Source of the DNA: Hormiphora californensis | Taxonomy: Eukaryota > Animalia > Ctenophora | DNA length: 64,000 nt | Direction of reading: 5' to 3' | Assembly (NCBI GenBank): GCA_020137815.1 | Contig: CM035354.1 | Coordinates: forward strand, 7,378,001-7,442,000 | Shown: one piece after another, positions 49,564 through 61,429 of the stretch | Numbering within the stretch: position 1 is the stretch's first letter | How the letters are laid out: every line of letters starts with the position of its first letter | Notes under the pieces: generated by a model | What the model saw: only the letters and a program-made list of their open reading frames with translations | Database searches by the model: none | Told to the model about the DNA's origin: nothing | Made by a program: the position numbers and the translations under genes

Positions 49564-52500
49564 TTAGGTGGAGGATGAGGATGTAGGAGCACTGCTACTG
49601 GGGGGTCCTCCTCCATTGGGCGGCGGTGGTATGTGCAACACCTGTGGGAGAGAGAGGGGCTTGTAAAAAATATAAGTAGCAACAGGAAGAGATAGGAAGT
49701 GATCAAATATTGGGGTGAAACTTTTAAATTAGGTACATCTAGATGATAATGGTTGTACAATGTACATGTAGTATAAGAAAGAGGCTTTCCGTTACCTTGT
49801 GTATACTCCCGAATGCCAGGCACCTCAAACTATATTGTGCATACTCAATCAGTCTCTCCTTGTCCTCCTTCTCCACCCCCTCCAACAAATTAGTGGGTGT
49901 TTTCTGCCAGGGGGCACTCAGGGTCTCCTCAAGACAACCACCCACTGACAAAACTTCAAGGAGACGTCGGAGAATGAGGGTTGGGGCTACATTCTTCTTT
50001 ACATGTGCAAAGGTATGGAGCGCCTTGAAGACAAGCACTTGCAACGCTTGGATTGTCAGCAACTAAATAGGATGGGGGTGTTAGAATCTTGTAGGGGATG
50101 GAGATAGTAGAGGGTATGGAACTCGTGTGAACTGTTTGTATTGGGGAAAATTAGCCAAATCTTCAATATACGGGGGCTCAATGTACAATTAATATGTCGT
50201 CATTACTTCAATATACTCACAGATAGAGGGCAATCTGATTCCTGTCGGAGAGATGATATGAGCCGGAGGACAATAACGGCAGCTGTGTTAGGTTTCAGGT
50301 GCATTCTGTACCATCCTGCTTCGTTAACATCAGACATGGTCTCTAGGCAACACTTCCTATCTAGAACCTGGGGGAATAGAAACATTGTTACCAGGCAACA
50401 CTTTCTATCTAGAACCTGGGGGAATAGAAACATTGTTACCAGGCAACACTTTCTATCTAGAACCTGGGGGAATAGAAACATGGTCTCTAGGCAACACTTT
50501 CTATCTAGAACCTGGGGGAATAGAAACATTGTTACCAGGCAACACTTCCTATCTAGAACCTGGGGGAATAGAATCATGGTCTCTAGGCAACACTTTCTTT
50601 CTAGAACTTGTGTGGGGGTTGGGGTGATAGGGGAGTATTTTCTAGTACTTGATATGGATATTGATACAGTTTAGAACTATGTTGTTAGTTACAATGCAGA
50701 ATTTCCTCTGCGGGGTAAGAAGTAGATGATGTGATTGAAATATTAGGGGTGTTTGATTTCTCTAATGCTGTTGTCGAGTGTAGCTGACTAGAATAATTAG
50801 GCAATGACAAGAATAGAGATAGAGAACAACATTATCCAGCTAACTAAATAGTAAGATATCATTACCTGAGCAGTAGCCGATATTAATAATAATAATAATA
50901 ATAATAATATTCCGCGCTTATATACCGCCCATACCCGACGGAAACATGTCAAAATATTGGCGATGTTCCGACGAGTCATCAGAGCGGTATATCCTAGAGT
51001 AAAAATATCGCACACGAACAATTCTGGTTGAAAAAGACAATATATGGAAAACCAAATTAACTGGACTTATCAAACTGGGGGAATAACTGGTCCCATAAAC
51101 CTGTAGATATAATTTTAAACACGCTATACTCACACCTGCTCAAAAAAGGATACCAGATAGTGATTTAATAACATGACTAGAGAGAGGATGACACTGATTG
51201 CCCGCAGACCCCACAACTACAACAAACATTACAACTCAGCCATGGGTTCCCCATCACCCACTCCAAATGCACCAACGAAGAGATGTGTTTTCAGGCGAGC
51301 TTTAAAGGTATCAACGTTGGGGATCGACCTTAACTCGAGGGGTAGCTCATTCCAAACAGCAGGCAGAAATACTGATAGTCTCCTACGTCTCAATTTAGAA
51401 TTGGCGTTGATACTGGTCATCTTGGGGTGTTTTAATCTGTAAGGATCAATAACACTAGTCATCCTTGTTGTCCTGGAGACTCCCCAGCTTTTATCAAGAG
51501 GAACCATTTCCTGGAGGTAACCTGGTGCTGTTCCATAGACTATCTTATAAGCGATTAGACAGGCTTTGAAGTCCAGTCTGTAGGAGATGGGTAAAATATG
51601 ACACTGCCTGAAGTATTCCGAGTAATCCTCTTGATGCCCATGGATGTTGAATATAAAGCGTACACAGGAGTTTAGTGTTTTCTGGAGCCCACCAAGAACT
51701 CGGGCCGGAAGTCCACAGTACAGAATATTACTGTAATCAATCTTCGATATAATCAATTGTTTCACCAACATTATCTTCGTTTGAATATCAAAACATCTGT
51801 GTAACTGCCAAAGATTCCGTAGTATCAGCCCACACTGTTTCCTCACATTGTTAACCTGTCGTTCAAGATTAAGATTGTGGTCCAAGAGTATTCCCAAGGT
51901 TTTCCCATCTGCTCCACTACATTCACTGGGGAAGATTTCCGTTCCTCCAAAGTTGATAACTGGATCGAAAGAGATTTTACTCAAAGAACTGCGCTTTCCA
52001 AGCAGGATGAATTCCGTTTTGGCCTCATTACACTTCAACCACTGCCCCACCATCCACCGCTTCACCTTCGCCAGACACTCCTCAATATCCACCTTCGTCC
52101 TAGACCAGCCAGTAGAATCCGTAGGAACCAGACTCACATAGAGCTGGGAGTCGTCTGCATATAACTTTATCCGGAGTCCATATGGTTCCACAATATCTTG
52201 CACAGCTTCAATGTAAAGTAGAAACAAAATAGGACCAAGAAGAGACCCCTGGGGCACTCCACAGAGTAAGGCCAGGGTATCCGAGAGACAATCACCAACC
52301 GAGACTCTAAAAGATCTGGAACTCAGGTAGCTCTTAAACCATTGAAGAGGATCACCATCCACTCCAAACCGTTTCTGCAACACCTCCAACAACTTTTCAT
52401 GATCCACCGTATCAAATGCGGCACTCATGTCCAAACAGATCAGAGCTACAACATTTCCTTTATCCATCTCACCTAATACATCATCAAACATGCTGGCTAA

Positions 52501-55500
52501 CAGAGTTTCGCAACTGTGACCAGCACGATAACCGGATTGATGCTTGCCCAGAAGTGAATTGCTTTCAAGGTACTCATTTAGCTGCGTGAGCACCACCTTT
52601 TCTAGGAGCTTAGAAAGGAATGGGATATTTGAGACAGGACGATAGTTACTGAGAGCTTCCCTATCTCCGTACAGATTCTTGATGGTAGGAATTATGTTAA
52701 TTACTACTAATTACTACTAATTACTACTAATTACCTGTGCAGTAAGATCAGCCCGTGTCTCCTCCTCACTTAGTGTCGTGTTAAAACCAAATGTCGGGCT
52801 TGTCAGTCTAACATTAACTGCTAACACAGGAGGGCTATCTCCCTTACTTTGTACCCTAAATCTAGTTCTCTCACACTGCAGCTCCAGAGTCATATCATCA
52901 CGTGAGAAGAGCTCCTTGAACTTGGTAAACAAAGCATGGAGTGTTCCCTGTTGGAGGAGGGGGTGATTAGTAATCAATTAGTAACCAGTAGTAGGGAGTC
53001 AGTGATTAGTGATCAATTAGTAACCAGAAGTTAATTGGGAGGGGAGTTAATTAGCAATTAGTTATTTATTGGGAGGGGGGTTAATTAGCAATTAGTTAAT
53101 TACATACCAGGGTTGGTTTCTGTGAACAGAGTACAGCAATGTCAGCATGTAGATTGTCACTCAACAGAATCGCCTTGGCTAAATCACCCGTTTTGTGTAA
53201 CTGAAAGAGATATGTGATATACATTTGGTACTAAACAAATGTCATATCTTGTCACAGACAGATAAATATGTTAGATAAAGATAGAGAGATATCGTGGGAA
53301 ATGAAAACTAAGTCGATGGAATGGTACTTACAGTACTGATAACACTCGATGTTTTATCACCAGATTCAGCTACCTCCCTCAACTTCCCCTCTACATCAGC
53401 AACCAATGCTGCAAAGAATTGAGGTTAACATTATTGAACAAACTATCAAACAAAACTATCTCCTGACATCAGAGCGTGTAAAACAAAATTAACGACTACC
53501 TTTGCGCTTGCCAGTGCAGTGATCGTGTAACTATACAACTCTGTGGTTCCTCAATCACTAAAAACTAACTCTGTAAAGCTGCACAACTTACTTTGTAGGG
53601 CCTCCAAGTGTTCCTCAGTGGGACTGACCATAGTCTGCTTCTGTATCACCAGGAACTCATCCAGTCTTGGACACAGGAACCTCCCATTATCTTGTCTTGG
53701 CGGGGGTAGGTGGGGTGGGGGTAGGGCTGGTTCGGGTAGCCCCAACTTCTTACAACTCTCCCTTTCTTTCCTTAATCTCTCCTCGTACTCCAACAATAGC
53801 TTCTTCCTCACGGTGTCATTTTGAGCCCAGGAAGACTGGTCGTTACCATGCCATTCCTCTTCAGCCCTCCACCGGTACTGTTCCCAAACCTGGGTAGTTT
53901 GGGGTTAGATAGGGGGTAAATGGTAATTAGGGGATAATTAAGTAATTATTTAGGTGGAGCCATGTACTGGTACTGTAATCAGCAGTCATTTTAGAAGGAG
54001 TTTTATTCACAATTACCTGCCAGCGGTTCTCAGCAAGTGATCTCCTCCTCTCTGCTTCCTCGGCCCTTCTTCTCGCTTTCTGTTCAGCCAACTTGTCCCT
54101 CTTATTGGGCTGCATTTCTACTCGGAGGGTGGGGTCGTAGTTCTTCTTATAGTTGAGACGGTGTCGACGACCTTTTAGGTGGAGATCTTTCGCGAGATCA
54201 TCGTTAAAGGTACAGTCACACATCCGACAATGGTAAATCACCTGAGAGAGATGGAGTAAGATGGAGTAAGATGGGGATAGGAGACAGGCCAGACGGGGTG
54301 AGAGAGAGAGGGGGGGGCGAGAGAAGGAGAAAAATAAAGTAAGTTGTTTCCAAAGTACCTTGGTAGATTTAGTAGAATCACTCCTAATCTCGATGAGGTT
54401 TGCACCCACTATGGGTACAACCTGTTTTGCCTCCGTGTTCCCCGTGATCTCAGGTGCAGGTACCTCCTTCCCCAGCTCCTTGTAGAGCTTCTCAGCTTTG
54501 TAGTGCTTTACTCCTGATGAAGGGATAGTTAGGCTAGGGACGTGATTGGGATAGAAATTAGGGGGGTTAGGGCGGTTATATTAGGGGGAAATTAGGCAAA
54601 ATTAGGTGAAGATTAGTGGAGAAATCAGTCTTTAGAACCTTGCTAGTTCTCTGCTTTGTTGGTCCTACAATTGAATGAGAAAGTATTTACCTTTCATGTG
54701 AGCATTGAAAGTTTCATCCCCAGTACAGGTGACTTCACATAACACACATCTGCAGGAACGAGAAAGTGAAGGAAAAAGAGAACGAGTGAGGGAATAAAAA
54801 ACCTAGAGAGACAACGAGTTTGAGAGAGAGATTTAAAGGTTACACAATACACATACATAACACCCACCTAAATGAAACCCTTCCTTCTCCATCTGGATCA
54901 GGTTCCTGTTTCTCCTGTTTACCCAGGGCCTCCCTCTTCTTGTGCCGCTGTCCCTCCAGGTGGTCTTTGTACGTTTTAATGCTCGCACACGATACCTGTT
55001 TAGGATAAAGGTTAGAGTCATCAACATAAAATCGAGATTATGAAGAAAAACAAGCTCATTCCCACACGAGTGGCACACAAACCGGGGGAGGGTTGTCTCC
55101 TTACCTTGCATATTTCACAAAGGTGAATCTTCTTCACAAAAGGCACAATTCCCGGTCTTGACGATGCTGCTGGTACACTAGTATGATTAGTAGTGCCACC
55201 ACGTTTAAAACTCCCACCGGTTGCCATGCCACCACTACACTCCCCATTTGATTTCCTGTCCCGTAGTGAGAGAGCGGATATCCGAGATTTGGTGGGCATG
55301 ATATTCGGTTTGGGCATGGGTCGAGAGGGAGGTGGACGGCGGGGGTCCGGGGGAGGTGGCATGTCACTGAACTGGGTTTGGAGTGAGTCCAGGTGATCTG
55401 GGAGGAGAAAGAGAGAGGTCTTAGTATAGTGAGGCAACAAATTCGGGTACGATTTCTCATTTTGGAAAATGGGACTGGGATAACAAAACTCACAGGATGT

Positions 55501-57397
55501 GCGATGGTTACTATGGTTACAGGATACTCACGGGATGTGCGATGGTGGTGGGAGGGTGTTCCCGCGGTGGGTGTCGACATAGGTGATGGTCTGATCATCT
55601 GCTGCTTAGTAGTGAACATCTGGTGTTGCTGTTGTGGCTGCTGGTGTTGGGGCTGTTGTTGTTGTAGTTGTACAGACGGGACACCACCACCATGATTGAG
55701 GACCTGTAGAATTATTGGTGAAATTATTGTAAGCTTAAGAAGGGTGCAATTATGTTTGTCAAGATCAGGATCATTAGTACATCAGTACTGACATTCCTTT
55801 CTTCTTGGCACCAAAAACTACTTTCATATTTATTATTTTCTAATAATCATTACCTGTAACCTGTTACTGCTATCAGCATGTGTCGAGTAACCATTAACCA
55901 CATCTATTTTCTGTTGGAACCCACCACTACTATTCCTCTGTTGCTGTTGTTGTTGCTGTTGTTGTGCTGCTACAGCCGCCTGTTGAGCCGCTGCAACCTG
56001 CTGTAACTGGGCAACTGCCTGGAATTGTGCCATTTGCTCCTGGTACGCCTGGAGAGGGCGGGATTTATTGATTACATAATTAGGGCATAATTACCAAGGC
56101 AACACGATTATTATTTGTACTTGAGTATGTTTATCAGTTTGTTTGTCTGTCTGTACCTAAACATGTTTGTCTGTTTGTATCTAACTTCCAAGTCCTAAAC
56201 ATATGTTTGTCTGTTCATGTGTTTGTACCTGGGCGTGCTTATAAAGAGCATTACTCTCGTAAGAAGCTGCTGCTGCTGGTAGTCCACTGGCACCTGCCCC
56301 AGCCGCCCCGAATGTGCCAGTTCCAGTTGCTGTATTGTGGTACGGCGGAGACTGGTATCTGAGAGGAATGTGTGAGTCCAATTAAACTATATCTGAATGA
56401 ATTGATAAGGTGCTAATGAGAGTCCAATTAACACATTTGTATCTCAAAAATAAATAATGACAAACATCACCATTATATTAGAGCTACCTACCCTCGCTGG
56501 AGAACGTTAGCGGCTGCAAGTTGTTGCTGAACCTGCTGCATAGATAGTGCCGCTGCTGCTGCTGCCGCTGAATTACCACCACCTCCCCCTGCACTACCGG
56601 CTGAGGGCTGGAGGTGGGACTGGGGTGTGTAATGGTGGGACTGGGGTGTATACAGGGTGGTTCCTGAACTGCCTTGTAGCGTCTGGAAGGCCTCCGTCTA
56701 GAGGGGGAACATGGGGGTTAGTGAGGTGCAAGATAGAGTGAAAAATGGGGCCGTTAGATAGAAGGAGAGAGAATTGTATATTTTAGGGTGCAGTGTGGGA
56801 CAGCCAAAAGAGGAGTCACAATCTTCACTGTCGAGTTTGTACCCGACCTTTCTTCGCTTTCACTCAGATATATACTGAAAAGGGGTCGGGTACAAACTAA
56901 ATATTAGACAAGTAATTATACTATCAACTAACCTGTCCCATGCCATAAGATATAGATGGTAACTGTTGGGTGTAGCACCCATATCCTGTCGAGTACTGGG
57001 TAGGTGGTGCAGAGGGGGAGGTATAAGAAGCAGCTGCTAGCAGTGCCCCACTATACTGTTTAGCTGCTGCTGCCGCTGCTGCACTTTCCTGATATGACGC
57101 TGTGTTGTACACCGAACCTGGAAGAGAGGTCTGGGATTAAACAACTTTGCAGATCTCTACTGCATCTGAACAACAGTACAGTTCCTTGCTATGTTACAAC
57201 CCTCTTTATGTATTTGTAAAAAGGGGATGTTTTCTGTTGAGGGGTGCGGGGAGAGGGTAACCAGAAGGCAAACAATCTCTTCATGATCTTGAAAGTTGAA
57301 ACTTACCGAGGGGTCCGGTGGGTGAGGTGCTGTATGCAGCAGGTTGAAGTCCCGGCGTATATGTGTAGCTGTAATGTTGACCCGAGACATTTGCCAT
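49564..57397 (-). CDS. ZFR: Zinc finger RNA-binding protein (three matrin-type C2H2 fingers plus DZF domain), multi-exon
   Basis: Ala/Gln/Tyr-rich N-terminus (MANVSGQHYSYT...AAAAAAAKQY). Fingers [78 protein letters not shown]. DZF segments PTEEHLEALQ, VLDRKCCL, RRLLEVLSVG, YAQYSLRCLAFGSIHKVL. Confidence 0.88.
50333..50610. repeat. 48-bp tandem array (~5.5 copies) spanning a ZFR intron/exon junction
   Basis: Minus-strand unit TTTCTATTCCCCCAG|GTTCTAGATAGAAAGTGTTGCCT(AGAGACC/GGTAACA)ATG. Confidence 0.9.
50883..52696 (-). mobile_element. 5'-truncated L2-clade LINE in a ZFR intron (sense orientation)
   Basis: RT ORF, ~320-bp 3' UTR and a (TAT)n tail after GGTATATAAGCGCGG. Confidence 0.88.
51229..52690 (-). 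CDS. L2-type reverse transcriptase (partial ORF2)
   Basis: NYRPVSNIPFLSKLLEKVV, QSGYRAGHSCET, LDMSAAFDTVDH, CGVPQGSLLGP, LYADDSQLY, WNELPLELR. Confidence 0.92.
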
Positions 57398-57614
57398 GCC
57401 TCTATAAAATATGAGGGGCTGTTATTTGTTCGCGAAGTGATATTGGAACGCAGAGCGCATGAGGAAAGAGTACTACACCGTTCTTCTGATTTGAAAAGGT
57501 GTGGTGCAAACGAGTCTGGTGTGTATCAACTCGGTGCGAAATATTTTTGAGTCGCCCGACACTGTGTGTGCGCTCCGCACAGAACACATTTTTAGAATAA
57601 AAACAAAGTTAGTA

Positions 57615-57786
57615 CAGTCGGACCCCGATTTAACGGCCCCCGATTTAGTGGCACCCCGATTTAACGGCAGCCTAATCTTCCCCCGATATAGAAAATCAAC
57701 AGTATTTGACCCCGATTTAGCGGACACCCCGATTTAACGGACAAAACCCTTTCCCCCGAGGGTGCCGTTAAATCGGGGTCCGACTG
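57615..57786. mobile_element. Short (172 bp) pogo/Tc1-like MITE, same ends as 8686-9562
   Basis: TA TSD, TIR CAGTCGGACCCCGATTTA, five internal CCCCGATTTA-type repeats. Confidence 0.9.
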
Positions 57787-58087
57787 TATCAACAATTCAA
57801 TTTTGAGTTGAATTGTCGCTTTATAAAGAAGTTGTAAGGGGCAGAAAACTGATAGAGTACGTCAAACTTCCAAAATTATTTTAGTAGGTACATTAGGGTC
57901 GTGAAAAGTTCATTTATTATTTTCATATTTTCATAAACATTTCGCACCGTGTTGATCGAGCATTGCGCGAAATGGAGACAATTGATAGAAAAGTATTGGA
58001 TGTAAAAATAAAAAACGAATTAATATGTATACATCGATTATGAAAAAAGGAATACTTTAGTCACAAAGAGAAACAAGATTGGTTCCT

Positions 58088-61000
58088 TCAGTCACCTATA
58101 ATAAGCCCCCTCTGTTTTAAGACCCCATAGTTCACTTTATAAGACTCAAAAGCACCATTTGCCTTAGCAATAGCGGTATTGTATTTGCTTAGACGAGGCT
58201 CAGGCATTTTCAATTTCGTAGTTTTCAAGTCACTCAACCTACACAAGAACTTGTTAATAGGGACCTTATTGAATCGAACCTGCTCCACCACTGGTAAAAA
58301 TGCGTACTTCATAATTTCAAATATTGCATGTGCTCTGATGTGTTTTTGAGTCTGTGAATGTCCCATAATCGTCACCCCTTGAAATGTGAGCATGAAGTAA
58401 TCCCTACACAATTCGCACCAAATCATCTCAAATCGATACTGATCAAATGACAAGTTTTTAGGCTTGGAAATGATAACATGCCGATCAGATTCAAGGTGCA
58501 GGGTGTACAAGTCAAATGGCATGTTGACAATCATACAGTTTTTACAGTGCAACTTGCCAGGCTCCTCAGGAGGAAGAGTTCGGAATCTTTCACACAGACT
58601 TTTATTTCTTTTTATAACTTCCGGCTCTGCCCTCGGTCGATGAGGAATGATACCAAGGATAGTCTGCGAGGCGAGTAATCCCTTACAGAGATATGAGACC
58701 AGAAAATTCAGGTGTCTGTGGGTCAGCCTTGGATCAAACAAATCCACTTCCAGTTCACCTGTGAGGGGTATCACCTCTCGGCCTCCAAACAAAGGCGCCG
58801 ATTCGCCTGATTCTGTTTCACCAGAAGCTACCATTTCCTCCAGGAAGCTATTTTTGTAACTCTCTGCAGTCCGGGAGAACATGTTGGAAAACCCATTGGA
58901 TGGACCTGGTTTAGCTGCTGCCGGGGCCTCTCCTCCTGATCCCTCACTATTTGACCGTTTAATTGATTTCATAATGTCGGCAATATCACTGAGTTTAGGG
59001 CTCTTAGATTGTTTCTCTTGTTGCCTGTAAGCGGGGACTACCGGTGGGGTTGCCGAGGCAGGGAGGTCAGGAGCCACATACTTGGTCCTCGGGTCAGGGT
59101 TGAAAGCAGGAGGGGCATCCTCTACTTCAGTAGGCTGTTGTGATGATTCTGGAGTTAAAATGGCAGGGCGTTTCGAATCTTCTAGTGTCGGATATGAAGC
59201 ACGACGAAGAACAGGCTTTCCGTTTTGAGATGGTAGGAACGCTGGTCGGTGGGCGACCTCTTCATAACCATCATCATAGCCATCCTCAAAATACTCCTCT
59301 TCCTCCTCTTCATAGTACACCTCCTCCCTGTTGACCATCCTGGTAGGGGCTCTGGGACGCGGTAACCTGACAGGATACCTTTGAAAAGAAGGACATACTC
59401 CCCTAGGAACCGGAACTCTACCCCTAGGAACCGGACCTCTAACCGGAACTCCACCCCTAGCAACCGGAACACCATCCCTACCAACCGGAACTCGTATTCG
59501 AACCTTTCTCATCCGGGGACCTGGAACAACTTCCCCATGATGATTCTCCAGAGGTCGCCGAACCCTTACTAACCGGGGACCGTGACCGGTAGGTGGAGGG
59601 GGACCGTGTCCAGGAGGTGGTGCTCTATACCTAACGACCTTCCTGATGATACGGCGAGGAGGAGGGTAGTCCTCTGGCGGCCAATCGTCGTCGTAGTCAG
59701 GTTGGAGAGTAGGCCTCGGAGGACGGTGAACCACTTCAGGAACCCTCGGTGGTGGGGTACCGTGATCAGATGATGGAACTCGTTTTCGAACCGGTCGGGG
59801 TTGCCAAGCACCAGCAGAGCTTGGGTCATGGTGTGGGGGCACTGCAGAATGGTGTGGAGGCACTGCAGAATGGTGTGGAGGCGCTGTAGATTGGTGTGGA
59901 GGCGCTGCTCTAACTGGCCTGACTTGGTGATCGGAATGATTCAGTCGAACGCATTTTCGAGGTGGCCCAGGCGAGTGTCCTTTGGGTGGCCCAGGGGACT
60001 GCTCTTTAGAAGGAGCTGCCGGCTTCCTTGAAGGATGTAATGGAAATGCTGCTGCAGCTGCTGGGGCAAAATCATCCTCCATCACTACTTCGCGTATGTC
60101 TGTACTCCTGGCTGCCTCTTTTTGCACATTTTTTGAATCGTTCGATGAAGTATCTGCCTGTTTATCCGGAGCTTCTGCTGGTTTGGATCCTGTATCTGTT
60201 GTGGTTGTTCTTTCAGATTGAACCGGGCTACAAGGTGGCTCAGTACGGGGAGGTTCCATACGGTGCGAGGGCTGGCCGTGGGATCGGACCATACGAGGTC
60301 TCACAGGTGGTTCCCCTCTAGGTCCCATCATACGAGGTCTCACAGGTGGTTCACCTCTAGGTCCCGTCATACCAGGTGGTTCCCATCTAGGCTGAACTTT
60401 GTCAGGTCTAACAGGTGCTTCCCCTCTAGGTCCTATCATACGAGGTCTAACAGGTGCTTCCCCTCTAGGTCCCGTCATACGGGGTCTAACAGGTGGTTCC
60501 CCTCTAGGTCCCATCATACCAGGTGCATCACCTCTAGGCTGAACTTTGTCAGATCTAACAGGTGGTTCCCCTCTAGGCCGTTTGATGGGCGGTTCACCAG
60601 GTGTTCGAGGACGCACTATGGGTGTTCGTACATCATCTGTAATATGTGGCGCCTTACCTCGCGGTCTGGTTTGTCTGGGGCCATGATCCGGAGGTGGCAT
60701 TCTTGGTTCATGATGATCTGGAGGGGAACGTCTTTCATCCCGGAAATATTGCCTAGGAGGCCGAGGAAACCTGAAGGGTGGATTCATGACAGGCCCGCTG
60801 GCAAATGAGCGATTGGACTGTCCGAGCTGATGAAAAGGAGGAGGTGGTGGCATTCGCCATGGAAGAGGATCGGATTCATAGGGTATGGACCGAGGATCGG
60901 TTTTGGGAGGTAATGAACGAGGATCAGTAGGTCGTGATGATGCAGTAGGTTTATCAGCGCGTTTTCGATTAGTATCGATCAGCTTCAGCTGAACGGAGGA

Positions 61001-61231
61001 TTTTGCAATCAAATCAAACGAATCGGGTTGTTTTGTAGACTCAGCAGTTGCAGGCTTGACATTGGGCGAGGATTTGATTAAATTACCACCACCCTTTTCT
61101 GTCACTCGCTGTCTAATTTCAAGAATTTGATCGGCAATAGATTTGCTAGTTTTGGGAGTTGAATTTGGAACATCACGCTCAGTTGATGACGGGGCAGTAA
61201 CTTGAGCATTACACTCTGATAACGCATCCAT
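58088..61231 (-). CDS. Intronless Pro/Arg-rich protein with two C-terminal matrin/U1-type C2H2 zinc fingers
   Basis: 1047-aa ORF; GPRGEPPVRPRM repeats; CKNC-x12-HLESDRH and CELC...HSQTQKH. Splice acceptor 10 nt before the ATG, with an in-frame stop between them. Confidence 0.8.
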   Translation of the reverse strand: MDALSECNAQVTAPSSTERDVPNSTPKTSKSIADQILEIRQRVTEKGGGNLIKSSPNVKPATAESTKQPDSFDLIAKSSVQLKLIDTNRKRADKPTASSRPTDPRSLPPKTDPRSIPYESDPLPWRMPPPPPFHQLGQSNRSFASGPVMNPPFRFPRPPRQYFRDERRSPPDHHEPRMPPPDHGPRQTRPRGKAPHITDDVRTPIVRPRTPGEPPIKRPRGEPPVRSDKVQPRGDAPGMMGPRGEPPVRPRMTGPRGEAPVRPRMIGPRGEAPVRPDKVQPRWEPPGMTGPRGEPPVRPRMMGPRGEPPVRPRMVRSHGQPSHRMEPPRTEPPCSPVQSERTTTTDTGSKPAEAPDKQADTSSNDSKNVQKEAARSTDIREVVMEDDFAPAAAAAFPLHPSRKPAAPSKEQSPGPPKGHSPGPPRKCVRLNHSDHQVRPVRAAPPHQSTAPPHHSAVPPHHSAVPPHHDPSSAGAWQPRPVRKRVPSSDHGTPPPRVPEVVHRPPRPTLQPDYDDDWPPEDYPPPRRIIRKVVRYRAPPPGHGPPPPTGHGPRLVRVRRPLENHHGEVVPGPRMRKVRIRVPVGRDGVPVARGGVPVRGPVPRGRVPVPRGVCPSFQRYPVRLPRPRAPTRMVNREEVYYEEEEEEYFEDGYDDGYEEVAHRPAFLPSQNGKPVLRRASYPTLEDSKRPAILTPESSQQPTEVEDAPPAFNPDPRTKYVAPDLPASATPPVVPAYRQQEKQSKSPKLSDIADIMKSIKRSNSEGSGGEAPAAAKPGPSNGFSNMFSRTAESYKNSFLEEMVASGETESGESAPLFGGREVIPLTGELEVDLFDPRLTHRHLNFLVSYLCKGLLASQTILGIIPHRPRAEPEVIKRNKSLCERFRTLPPEEPGKLHCKNCMIVNMPFDLYTLHLESDRHVIISKPKNLSFDQYRFEMIWCELCRDYFMLTFQGVTIMGHSQTQKHIRAHAIFEIMKYAFLPVVEQVRFNKVPINKFLCRLSDLKTTKLKMPEPRLSKYNTAIAKANGAFESYKVNYGVLKQRGLIIGD

Positions 61232-61429
61232 GGATTACTGCCTGAGAGGAAAACGAAGGATTTAGGAGGACTTAAACACAATAAAAACTTGTACATGAAC
61301 ACTTTTAGAAAATAAAATGGCTGTAAGAAAAGCGTAGAATAACATACTGTATCGTCACGTTGCACACAGTTATTAATCACAGAATCATTTTCACACACAA
61401 ACATTCAACAACACGTCATCGGTCATATA

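Noticed and set aside
50333-50610. CRISPR-like appearance of regularly spaced repeats (also 14020-14161 and 38524-38607)
   Set aside because: Head-to-tail tandem units without unique spacers, no cas genes, eukaryotic context.
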